Assembly: GCA_050249405.1 (NCBI GenBank)
Contig: JBFWQN010000001.1
Coordinates: forward strand, 1 to 42,185
Reading direction: 5' to 3'
Length of the DNA stretch: 42,185 nucleotides
Source of the DNA: Hyphomicrobiaceae bacterium
GTDB taxonomy: Bacteria; Pseudomonadota; Alphaproteobacteria; Rhizobiales; Hyphomicrobiaceae
The position numbers and the translations under genes are program-made. Numbering within the stretch: position 1 is the stretch's first letter; every line of letters begins with the position of its first letter. The notes beneath the pieces were generated by a model. That model made no database searches. It was not told the DNA's origin and was given only the letters and a program-made list of their open reading frames with translations. Shown piece after piece: positions 1 through 7,876 of the stretch.

Positions 1-2
1 GC

Positions 3-1484
3 GACCAGACATCGAAGGTGAAAGCGCTGCTTGGTCCCGTCGGCGGCGGCAAGTCGGTGGCGTGCGTCTATGACAGCGTGCGGCGGCCGAGCCTGATGCC
101 GCCCTGCAACGATGGCATCATCCGCTACCGCCGCGCCATCTGCGGCACGACGTATGGCCAGCTCGAGCGAAATCTCTACCCGACCTGGAAGCGGTGGCTG
201 CCGGAGGATGGCGGCGCGTTCACGCCCGTTGCCGAGTGGAAAGGCGGCGGAGGCCGTTCGGCGGTGCATCGTCTCGAGTGGGAGGTGCTGCGCGGCAACC
301 GGCTGGTCGTCGTCCAGGCCGAGTACGTGTTCGCAGCTGTCGGCGACCTGGCCGTCGAGGAGTTCATGCGCGGCTTCGAGCCGACCGACTTCTGGCTCTA
401 CGAGGTCGATCAGCAGCCCGAGGCCATGATCGACATCGGCATCACCCGCCTTGGCCGCTACCCGGCCACGTCGCAGGATGGCGAGCCCGACGCGCTGCCG
501 TGGAATGCCCCGTTTACGCCGATGATCGTCTGTGATCTCAACGCGCCCGACGTCGACAGCTGGTTCTACCAAAAATTCGAGGAGGACCCGCCAAAGAGCT
601 TCTCACTCTACAAGCAGCCGTCTGGAGTAAGCCCGCGCGCCGAGAATTTGAAAAACCTGCGGCCGGGATATTATCAGGATCAAATCGACAGTTTGTCGAA
701 GCGGCCCGGCGGGCGGCATCTGGTGACGCGCATGGTGCACGCGCGCTATGCGCCGAGCGCCGCCGGCGAGCCGGTTTATGCCGACGAGTACAGCGACGAC
801 CTGCACCTGTCGCCCGTCGACCTGGTCGCCGCGAAAGACGTGCCGCTCGTGCTTTGCTTCGATCAGGGCCTCGGGCAACCGGCCTGCCTCGGCCTGCAGT
901 TCATGCCGACCGGAGCCACGCATGTGCTTTTCGAGGTTGTGCCCGGGCGCATGTCAGCACGGCGCTTTGCGGAAACCGTGCGGCGCGAGATCGAGCAGGT
1001 TTGCCCCGGCATTCCGCTTGCCGAGGTGCACTACGCCGACCCGGCCGGCTTCACGGGCGCCGACACAGAGGATGGTGAGCTCGCCTGGGCCGAGATCGTG
1101 AGTGCTGAGCTTGGCATCGAGATCGTGCCCGCCGAGACGAACGAGATTGACGTTCGCCACACCGTGGTTGTCGACGAGCTTTTGAGCCGGCCAGGTCTGT
1201 ACGTCTCCCGCCGATGCAAAATGCTGCGAAAGGGATTCGTGTCGCATTACATGTACGAGAAGCGGCCGCAGGAAAAGTCGCAGAATAAAAAGCCGGTCAA
1301 AAATCTTTGGGCCAATCCCCACGATGCGCTGCAGTACGGCCTGCTCGGAAAAAAAGGCCGCTATGGCGCAATCCGCGGACCGCGCGATGCGCGAGCCCCC
1401 GAGCGCCGCATCGGTCACAAGCGCAATCGCGCCGGCGGTTCCGACGACTGCAAAGTGATCGACGCCCCTGTCGAGCTTGGCTGA
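3..1484 (+). CDS. Terminase large subunit (5' end probably outside the window)
   Basis: The frame is open from nt 3. A Walker A-like GPVGGGKS lies only about 6 aa after the first possible start (GTG 18), so the N-terminus is likely truncated by the window edge. About 490 aa, located upstream of portal/scaffold/capsid genes. Confidence 0.8.
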   Translation, partial: DQTSKVKALLGPVGGGKSVACVYDSVRRPSLMPPCNDGIIRYRRAICGTTYGQLERNLYPTWKRWLPEDGGAFTPVAEWKGGGGRSAVHRLEWEVLRGNRLVVVQAEYVFAAVGDLAVEEFMRGFEPTDFWLYEVDQQPEAMIDIGITRLGRYPATSQDGEPDALPWNAPFTPMIVCDLNAPDVDSWFYQKFEEDPPKSFSLYKQPSGVSPRAENLKNLRPGYYQDQIDSLSKRPGGRHLVTRMVHARYAPSAAGEPVYADEYSDDLHLSPVDLVAAKDVPLVLCFDQGLGQPACLGLQFMPTGATHVLFEVVPGRMSARRFAETVRREIEQVCPGIPLAEVHYADPAGFTGADTEDGELAWAEIVSAELGIEIVPAETNEIDVRHTVVVDELLSRPGLYVSRRCKMLRKGFVSHYMYEKRPQEKSQNKKPVKNLWANPHDALQYGLLGKKGRYGAIRGPRDARAPERRIGHKRNRAGGSDDCKVIDAPVELG

Positions 1485-1897
1485 TGCGCGTCGTCGAAGC
1501 CGACATCGGCCATCTGTGGCAGCACCTCGAGGCCAAAAGGTGCGCAACGAGCGCGCACGAGTACGGTCTGCTCGTCGGCGAGGTGCTCGCTCGTCGCGCG
1601 TATGCAGGCCTCGTCGGCGAGCATCCTGTGGCTCTCGGTGGTGTTCTGGACGCGGCCGACGGCGGCCCCGGATACGCCTGGCTCTCGGTTCTTCCAGGTT
1701 CTCTCGAGAAGCGGCTCGTCGTGGCGGTGCGGCACATCCGCAGGACCATGGCGGCGGTCGCCGCCAGCCATCCTGCAGGCATCGCCTGCGCTGTCGACGA
1801 CGACAACGGCGCAGGCCAGCGTCTTGCGTTGGCGCTGAGGTTCAACCCGGGGCACGGCGCAATCGGCATGTTGAGGAGCTGGCACTGGCATGGCTGA
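1484..1897 (+). CDS. Hypothetical phage protein, possible GNAT-fold (weak)
   Basis: ATG overlaps the terminase stop (TGATG). 137 aa with good high-GC codon pattern. The C-terminal stretch DDDNGAGQRLALALRF loosely resembles the acetyl-CoA-binding Q/RxxGxG/A motif. Confidence 0.5.
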   Translation: MRVVEADIGHLWQHLEAKRCATSAHEYGLLVGEVLARRAYAGLVGEHPVALGGVLDAADGGPGYAWLSVLPGSLEKRLVVAVRHIRRTMAAVAASHPAGIACAVDDDNGAGQRLALALRFNPGHGAIGMLRSWHWHG

Positions 1898-2141
1898 CGC
1901 ACTGACCGGACGCACCGCCCGCCGACAGATGGCGCTTGCGGAGCAGGCGCAAGCCGATCAGCGTGCCGAGCTCGAGCGGCAGCGGCGCAACCTCGATCTG
2001 ATCGAGGCCGGGCAACGGCGGATCGCCAGCGGCGGTGGCGGCGGTGGCTTGGCTTTCGTGGACGGGACGCTGGCCAACGCCACGCTCGGCGGCCAGACGG
2101 CCCCTCTCGGCGGACAGACGGCTGCTCTGGTGAGGCGCTGA
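1890..2141 (+). CDS. Small hypothetical phage protein (coiled-coil N-terminus, Gly run, tandem LGGQTA)
   Basis: 83-aa ORF. It overlaps the upstream gene by 8 nt, and its stop overlaps the portal ATG (TGATG). Confidence 0.5.
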   Translation: MADALTGRTARRQMALAEQAQADQRAELERQRRNLDLIEAGQRRIASGGGGGGLAFVDGTLANATLGGQTAPLGGQTAALVRR

Positions 2142-3781
2142 TGGCGGCGGCCTACCAGTACAAGCTCGAGGACCAGATGGCGGATGCCACGCAGGCTTTC
2201 CTGCGTGCGCGGCTGTATCATTCCGAGCTGGTCGATATTTACCGCTACTTCATGCCGTGGCGCGAGCCGATCGTCGAGCGCGCCGGCACGGGTGGTGGCC
2301 GCAGCGAGGGCGCCAAACGGACCGATTACCTGTTTGACAGCACCGGGCCATCGTCGGCGTTCGCTTTTGTTGCGAACATGAAGGCCGACTGGATGCCGGC
2401 CTTCGACGAGTTTTTCCAGCTGCAGAATGGCCCGCTTTATACGGGCAACGACGCGGCCGACCGCAACCAGGCACTGCAGGCCGTGACCAAAGCGCTGCAT
2501 GCCTTGCTGGTGCCGGTTCGCACCCGCTGCGACGAGATGTTCGCCGATCTCTTCGCCGGAACGGGCGCCCTGTTGCTGAGCAACGGCGACAAGCGGGCTC
2601 CGATCCGCGGCGTCGCCGTACCGACTCGCGAGATTGCCCTCGACGTCGGGCCGTGGGGTGACGTCGAGCGCTGGTTTTGGAAGCGCAACTACAAGGCGCG
2701 CGAGATCGAGCAAGTCTGGCCGAAGGGAAACATCTCGGATGCCCTGGCCGCGGCGATCCGCAAGGACCGCAATGCCGACATCGCGGTCACGCAGTACACC
2801 TACTGGGACGCGAACGACGAGAATTTCAAGCTCGTTGTCTGGACGAGCGAGACGCAGCCGAGCGATCCGCCGCTCTGGACAGAGACGCTGCAAGTGACGC
2901 CATGGGTCACGCCACGCATGTTCGTCGTGCCCGGCGAGGCGATGGGGCGCGGGCTTGCGCATCTCGGCCTGCCCAACGTGAAGACCTTGAACAAGGCGCG
3001 CGAGCTGGCTTTGCGTGCCGCCGCCTTCGCTCTTCTCGGCCTGTGGACGCGGCGCAACGACGGCGTCTTCAATCCCGACACGGCGGTGATGGCGCCTGGC
3101 GCCATGTGGAAGGTCGGCAGCAACGCCACCGGCGGGCTCGGAAAAAGCATCGAGCGGCTGGACATCCCGGCCAACTTCGACGTGTCGTCGATCATCATCC
3201 AGGACGAGCGGGAGCAGCTCCGCCGCGTGCTGCTCGACGACGAGATGCCGGAGCTTGCCGACCGGGTGCGCTCGCCGACGGAGATCGCCGGCCGCATGCG
3301 CCGCTACGATCGCAACCGCGGCGGCGCCACGACACGGCTCGCGCTCGAGCTGGTGACGCCGATGGTGCAGCGCGGCGTCGACATCATGGCGCAGCGCGGC
3401 ATGCTGCCGAAAAACCTCTCTGTCGATCAGCTGCTGACGGAGGCCGTCGTCTCTGCTCCGGCCGCTGCGGCGCAGCGCACCGACAAGTTGGAGCGCATGG
3501 TCAGCTACATCCAGATGGTGATGGGGCTGTTTGGACCGCAGGCAGCGGCGCTTGCCGCGAAGATCGAGGAGATCATCCCCGAGATGGCGCGCTATGCCGG
3601 CGTCGAAGAGCGCTTCATTCGGCGCAAGACCGAAGCCGAGCACCTGAAACTGCTGATCGACAACGCCGTGCAAGCTGCTGTCGAGCAGGAGCGCAAAGCG
3701 CAAAAAGCGGCACCGAAAGAGCCGGCTCCGGCCGAGCCGCCGGCGCCAGGTCAGATGTATTTGAACGGAGCCATGAATTGA
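2141..3781 (+). CDS. Portal (head-to-tail connector) protein
   Basis: 546 aa, positioned between terminase and scaffold/capsid genes. Size and position match podovirus connector proteins. Confidence 0.8.
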   Translation: MAAAYQYKLEDQMADATQAFLRARLYHSELVDIYRYFMPWREPIVERAGTGGGRSEGAKRTDYLFDSTGPSSAFAFVANMKADWMPAFDEFFQLQNGPLYTGNDAADRNQALQAVTKALHALLVPVRTRCDEMFADLFAGTGALLLSNGDKRAPIRGVAVPTREIALDVGPWGDVERWFWKRNYKAREIEQVWPKGNISDALAAAIRKDRNADIAVTQYTYWDANDENFKLVVWTSETQPSDPPLWTETLQVTPWVTPRMFVVPGEAMGRGLAHLGLPNVKTLNKARELALRAAAFALLGLWTRRNDGVFNPDTAVMAPGAMWKVGSNATGGLGKSIERLDIPANFDVSSIIIQDEREQLRRVLLDDEMPELADRVRSPTEIAGRMRRYDRNRGGATTRLALELVTPMVQRGVDIMAQRGMLPKNLSVDQLLTEAVVSAPAAAAQRTDKLERMVSYIQMVMGLFGPQAAALAAKIEEIIPEMARYAGVEERFIRRKTEAEHLKLLIDNAVQAAVEQERKAQKAAPKEPAPAEPPAPGQMYLNGAMN

Positions 3782-4134
3782 TCGACGCAGAGTTGCGCGC
3801 GCGCATTCTCGCCGGTGAGGCGAGCCTCGACGAGATGATCGCGGTTGGCCACCAGGTCAACGAGGAGCAACAGCGCAGCGAGGATGTCCAGCGGTCCCGC
3901 GAGGCGCGCATTCTTGCCAGATGCTTCGAGACGCCGGCCGGCTGCCAGGCCTTGGCGCTGCTGCGCGCCAAAACGATCGACAGGCCGCCGACCGACGAGG
4001 AGTTGCGCGCCACCAGCGTCGAGGCGTTTGCGCTCGCGCAGGCGCGCCGGCAGGGCGCCGCCAATCTTGTTTTCCAGGTCCTCGCGGCGCTCGATTATGC
4101 CCGCGGCATCGAGAAGGAGCACGACAATGGCTAA
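3778..4134 (+). CDS. Hypothetical phage head-module protein
   Basis: Only the 3' part of the long 2677..4134 ORF is non-overlapping. TTG 3778 overlaps the portal stop and has GGAG 7 nt upstream. Alternative start ATG 3835. Confidence 0.5.
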   Translation: MIDAELRARILAGEASLDEMIAVGHQVNEEQQRSEDVQRSREARILARCFETPAGCQALALLRAKTIDRPPTDEELRATSVEAFALAQARRQGAANLVFQVLAALDYARGIEKEHDNG

Positions 4135-4993
4135 TGGTACAGGAGCCCCGCCCGCGAGCGGCGAGCCGGCAGCGGCGCCGCCCACGACGCAAGGCAGCCT
4201 CGTCCAGCCGGTCGCCACCGCGGTGGTGCCGGCGGCAACGCCTCCGGCGGCCACCCCATCCGGGAGCCCGCCAGCTGCGACACCGCCCCCGGCTGCGACA
4301 CCGCCGACCGGCCCGCAGGCCTATCATCCGGACGGTCTGCCCGATCCGTTCAAAGGCACGTCCGACCGCGAGACGATCGATCGCTTGTGGAAAGCCCAGA
4401 GCGAGGCGCCGAAACCGCCGAAAGCTGCCGAGGACTACAAGCTCGAGCTGCCGAAGACGCTGCAGGGCGTGATCGACCCGGCAAACGACAAAGTCCTGCC
4501 GATGTTCCGCGATGTCGCGCTTAAGCTCGGCCTGACGCAGGAGCAGTACCAGGGCACGATTGTTCAGCTCTACGAGGCCATGGGCAAGGCGGGCATGATT
4601 GCGCCGCCGATCGACGTGGCCGGTGAGTATGCGGCGCTCGGCGAGGGGGCCCCGGATAAGGCTGGCCAGATCCAGAAAGGCCGCGAACGGGCTGCCGCGA
4701 TCGGCGATCAGCTCGACGCGATGGTCAATCGTGAGATGCTGACCAAGGAGCTGCGCGACGAGCTGGTCGGCGGGCTCGGCACCGCCAAGGGCATCATCGC
4801 CATGGAGCGGCTGTTGTCGCACATTCCGGGCGAGCACGGCGTGCAGCCGCGCGGGCGCCCGACGAGCTCGCCCGTCTCGCGCGCCGAGGTCGAGCGGCGG
4901 ATGCTCGATCCACGCTACGACGCAACGAAGCCCACTTTCGAGAAGGGCTTCTACGACGAGACAAACCGTCTTTTCGAGCAAACCGCCGGCTGA
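4127..4993 (+). CDS. Scaffolding protein (Pro/Ala-rich N-terminus)
   Basis: ATG 4127 with AAGGAG 7 nt upstream. 288 aa, helical and charged, immediately upstream of the major capsid gene. N-terminal PAATPP-type repeats. Confidence 0.65.
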   Translation: MANGTGAPPASGEPAAAPPTTQGSLVQPVATAVVPAATPPAATPSGSPPAATPPPAATPPTGPQAYHPDGLPDPFKGTSDRETIDRLWKAQSEAPKPPKAAEDYKLELPKTLQGVIDPANDKVLPMFRDVALKLGLTQEQYQGTIVQLYEAMGKAGMIAPPIDVAGEYAALGEGAPDKAGQIQKGRERAAAIGDQLDAMVNREMLTKELRDELVGGLGTAKGIIAMERLLSHIPGEHGVQPRGRPTSSPVSRAEVERRMLDPRYDATKPTFEKGFYDETNRLFEQTAG

Positions 4994-5071
4994 GCGCAAA
5001 AGGTGCGCAGCGACGCCCCGTGCATAGTCTCGCGTTGAACAATCTGCCCCGAGCTTCGAGGACCCTATGCC

Positions 5072-5965
5072 ATGACGATGGAAGTGTCGGCTCACTACCG
5101 GACGCTCTGGGACACGCAGGTGCGTCTGCGCTTCCAGTCGCGCGGCAACATGCTGGCTGGAACGGTGATGCCGCCGGTCAGGATCTCGGGCGAGAAAATG
5201 TACTTTCTCCGCTCGGGCAAGCTCGGCTCGACGCAATGGGGCGGACGCGGCCACGCGGTTCAGCGGCAGAGCTCGACCGACGACAAGGTCGAGATCACGT
5301 CGCAGGAGTGGGACACGGCCTACGAGCTTTATGACCAGGACAAATGGAAGGGCGTGCCGGCGGAGGAGCAGGCGCGCCAGATGCAGGCCTCCAATGCGCT
5401 CGGCACGCGCATCGACCGCATCATCTATGCTGCCGTGATGGCGCAGTCGCTGCCGTCTGACCAGATCATCGGCGACTACTCGACGGGCCTGACGCCGTAC
5501 ATGCTGAAGCAGGCCGAGGCCAAGCTGCTGCAGAAGTACACCCCGAACGACGCGGGCATCTATTGCCCGATCCCGCCTTGGCAGTACGGACGCCTCGAGA
5601 CGTACAAGATTTTCTCCAGCGCCGACTGGATCGGCGGCGACCTGCCGCTGACCAAGCGCACGAAACGGCGCACGTATGGCAGCCTCAACTGCTTCATGTT
5701 CGAGCAGGTGCACGCCGACGACTACACGACCAGCACGCAGCTGCGCTTCCGCGTCTGGCACCGCGAATGCGTCGGCGCCGGCCACATCGCGCCCGAGCAG
5801 ATGCGCCACGAGTGGCAGCGCGAGGCCGAGTACAAGCGCTGGCTGGTGATGCACACGCTCGACGGTGGCGCCACGGTGATCGAGCCCGACGGTGTCGTCG
5901 AGTTCCGGGTGAAGGCCGACGCGGCCATCGAGGACGAGGTGCAGCGCACGCTCGCCGTCGCCTGA
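5072..5965 (+). CDS. Major capsid protein
   Basis: 297 aa, GAGGA 9 nt upstream, located after the scaffold gene and before the cement-like protein. One of the few virion genes preceded and followed by real intergenic gaps. Confidence 0.8.
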   Translation: MTMEVSAHYRTLWDTQVRLRFQSRGNMLAGTVMPPVRISGEKMYFLRSGKLGSTQWGGRGHAVQRQSSTDDKVEITSQEWDTAYELYDQDKWKGVPAEEQARQMQASNALGTRIDRIIYAAVMAQSLPSDQIIGDYSTGLTPYMLKQAEAKLLQKYTPNDAGIYCPIPPWQYGRLETYKIFSSADWIGGDLPLTKRTKRRTYGSLNCFMFEQVHADDYTTSTQLRFRVWHRECVGAGHIAPEQMRHEWQREAEYKRWLVMHTLDGGATVIEPDGVVEFRVKADAAIEDEVQRTLAVA

Positions 5966-5983
5966 TAACAGATCAGGACCCGA

Positions 5984-6015
5984 GCCGGGGCGGGCAATCC
6001 CCGGCACCATTTCCA
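5984..6015 (+). terminator. GC hairpin after the capsid gene (possible partial terminator/attenuator)
   Basis: GCCGGGG-cgggcaat-CCCCGGC (5984-6005) followed by ACCATTTCC, which is a weak U-tract. Confidence 0.3.
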
Positions 6016-6028
6016 GGAAAGCGCTGCC

Positions 6029-6646
6029 ATGACCTTCGATCCAGCCCGCCTCACCTCGCGGAGCGACACGCCCTACTCGCGCTGCGCCAAGTACACGCAT
6101 CCGACCGACACGCTGGCGGCCATGCAGGCCACGGGCTACTTCGACGCGGCCTATGCGGCGCTGCCCAAAGGCACGACGCTCGAGATGGTCGCCGCGATGG
6201 ATGGAACGCCGCGATCGGCCGAGGGGGTGGTAACGGCCTCGTCGTCGTCGGGCGTGACCATCGCGATGGCCGAGACGTCGGCGGGAGCCGGTGTCGCGGG
6301 CGGCTTCCTCGCATCGCGAAACGGCATCTCCTCGAAAGCGTCCGACGCGGCGGTCGCGCGTTTCATCGCGCCGTTCAAGGGCAAAATCGTGCGGATGGAC
6401 ACCGTGCTCAACGGCGCTCTCGCCACCGGCGATGCCACGGTGACGCTGGCCATCGCGGGCACGCCCGTCACCGGCGGCGTAGCCACGGCGACGCAATCGG
6501 GCTCTGCCGCGGGCGACGTCGACACGGCGACGCCGACGGCAGCGAACACCTTCACGCAGGGGCAGCTGATCACGGCGACGGTCGGCGGCTCCTCGACCGC
6601 GACGGCTACGCTCGACGTGCAGCTGGTTCTCGAGGAGACGGCCTAA
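6029..6646 (+). CDS. Capsid cement/decoration-like protein carrying the fibre-type N-terminal module
   Basis: 205 aa directly after the capsid gene. The C-terminal half is rich in G/T/A/V and looks beta-rich. The N-terminal ~60 aa are homologous to the N-termini of the 27672 and 30031 fibre proteins. Confidence 0.6.
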   Translation: MTFDPARLTSRSDTPYSRCAKYTHPTDTLAAMQATGYFDAAYAALPKGTTLEMVAAMDGTPRSAEGVVTASSSSGVTIAMAETSAGAGVAGGFLASRNGISSKASDAAVARFIAPFKGKIVRMDTVLNGALATGDATVTLAIAGTPVTGGVATATQSGSAAGDVDTATPTAANTFTQGQLITATVGGSSTATATLDVQLVLEETA

Positions 6647-6677
6647 CAGGCGTTGCCGGCGCCGCGGGGGAGCAGAC

Positions 6678-7274
6678 ATGGACCGCATCCAGATGCTCAA
6701 CCGCGCGCTGATGCGCATCGGCGCCGAGCCTCTCGTCACGGAGGCCGACGCTGGCGCGCCGGTTCATCTCGCCGTCTACGACAGCATGCTCGAGCGTTTT
6801 GCGGCGCACCCGTGGTCGTTCATGAACACCACGCAGCAGCTGCTCCGCCTCGCCGCCGCGCCGGTGCCGGCGCACTTCAAGTACGCCTACCAGATGCCCG
6901 TCCTGCTCGGAGCGCCTCGGGCGGTCTACGACCGGCCGGACAAGCGCGAGCCGATTACCGCCTACGATCTGGAGAGCGGCGTTCTGCTGTGCGACAGCGC
7001 GCAGATCTGGCTCCGGTTCATGCGGCCGGTCTCGCCCGCGCGCTGGCCCGGCGACTTCCGCGAGGCCTTCGTCACCGCGCTGATGGCCGAGTTGTCGCTG
7101 TCGATCCGGGAGGATCGAGCGCTGCATGACCGGCTTTATGCCAAGGCCTTCGGGTCGCCGCAGCAGATGGGCCAGGGCGGCCTCTACGGCATGGCGATGG
7201 AGAACGACGCCCAAGGCACGCCGTCCAGCATCGTTGGCGGCGGGGTCAATCCGCTGATCGACGTGAGGTTCTGA
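6678..7274 (+). CDS. Head-tail adaptor (T7 gp11-like tail tubular protein A), assigned by size and synteny
   Basis: 198 aa with GGGGGAG RBS. It precedes (after a 2-gene insert) an ~860-aa nozzle-like protein and the internal virion proteins. Confidence 0.55.
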   Translation: MDRIQMLNRALMRIGAEPLVTEADAGAPVHLAVYDSMLERFAAHPWSFMNTTQQLLRLAAAPVPAHFKYAYQMPVLLGAPRAVYDRPDKREPITAYDLESGVLLCDSAQIWLRFMRPVSPARWPGDFREAFVTALMAELSLSIREDRALHDRLYAKAFGSPQQMGQGGLYGMAMENDAQGTPSSIVGGGVNPLIDVRF

Positions 7275-7498
7275 TGAGCACCAACGAATTGCTCGCCGTC
7301 ATGGATCGCGAGCAGAACCTATTGACTGAGGACAATTGGCACGCTGCAGCAGCTGTCATAGGCGAAGCTGCCGAAAAGCTGCGACGGCATCGAGAGGTCA
7401 TGCGCGCAGTAGAGACGTGGTGGCTGAAAGAAGGAATGCAGTCCTTCGATGGGGCGCCGGCCTGCATTTTCTCTCTTAGAGAAACTCTTGACACTTAA
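7274..7498 (+). CDS. Hypothetical small protein (lower-GC insert)
   Basis: 74 aa. ATG overlaps the upstream stop (TGATG). Visibly lower G+C than the flanking virion genes. Confidence 0.55.
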   Translation: MSTNELLAVMDREQNLLTEDNWHAAAAVIGEAAEKLRRHREVMRAVETWWLKEGMQSFDGAPACIFSLRETLDT

Positions 7499-7509
7499 AG
7501 GAGAACAGC

Positions 7510-7860
7510 ATGGACAGCCTAAAAATAACAGACGAGCAAAGTGCGGCGGTGGCGGTGGCTCCGCGTGTAAGCTTGATCGATATCGAACGCTCGATTGCGG
7601 CCGAGTATTTCCTTTTTGGCGATCAGGCCGTTGTGGCATGCGGCATGCCGGACCATCCGGCACTCAAGACGCTGACAATCTGCATTTTGGTGATGACGAA
7701 TGGCTTTTCGGTCATCGGCAAGGCGTCGCCTGCGAGCCCAGAGAACTTCAATAAGGATCTCGGGCGAAAATTCGCACGTGAAGATGCCATACGACAGTTG
7801 TGGCCGTTGATGGGGTTTGCACTGCGCGACCGTCTCTCTCAAAAAACTTCGGCCGTTTGA
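7510..7860 (+). CDS. Gp49-like protein (N4 Gp49 / Sf6 gene 66 family)
   Basis: Strong RBS (AAAGGAGAACAGC-ATG). The pattern TICILVMTNGFSVIGKASPASPENFNKDLGRKFAREDAIRQLWPLMGFAL matches my recollection of this family's signature (NGF.V.G.S....NF....G...A...A....W.L.G..L). Confidence 0.7.
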   Translation: MDSLKITDEQSAAVAVAPRVSLIDIERSIAAEYFLFGDQAVVACGMPDHPALKTLTICILVMTNGFSVIGKASPASPENFNKDLGRKFAREDAIRQLWPLMGFALRDRLSQKTSAV

Positions 7861-7876
7861 TTTTGGGAGGCATAGG

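Noticed and set aside
2677-4134. 485-aa plus-strand ORF overlapping the portal gene
   Set aside because: Only its last ~118 codons (from TTG 3778) lie outside the portal gene. The upstream part is an Arg-rich out-of-frame shadow.
3857-6739. 960-aa minus-strand ORF, together with similar long antisense ORFs at 1958..3703, 10688..13540, 13084..14691, 15044..16834, 23670..26582 and 27183..28964
   Set aside because: These are typical high-GC shadow ORFs. Their translations are Arg/Ala/Gly/Pro-rich low-complexity sequences, they lie antisense to well-supported phage genes with recognisable motifs, and they lack RBSs.
7817-7876. Longer start (7817) for the nozzle gene
   Set aside because: It would overlap the Gp49-like gene by 44 nt. 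GTG 7877 has a GGGAGG RBS at ideal spacing.
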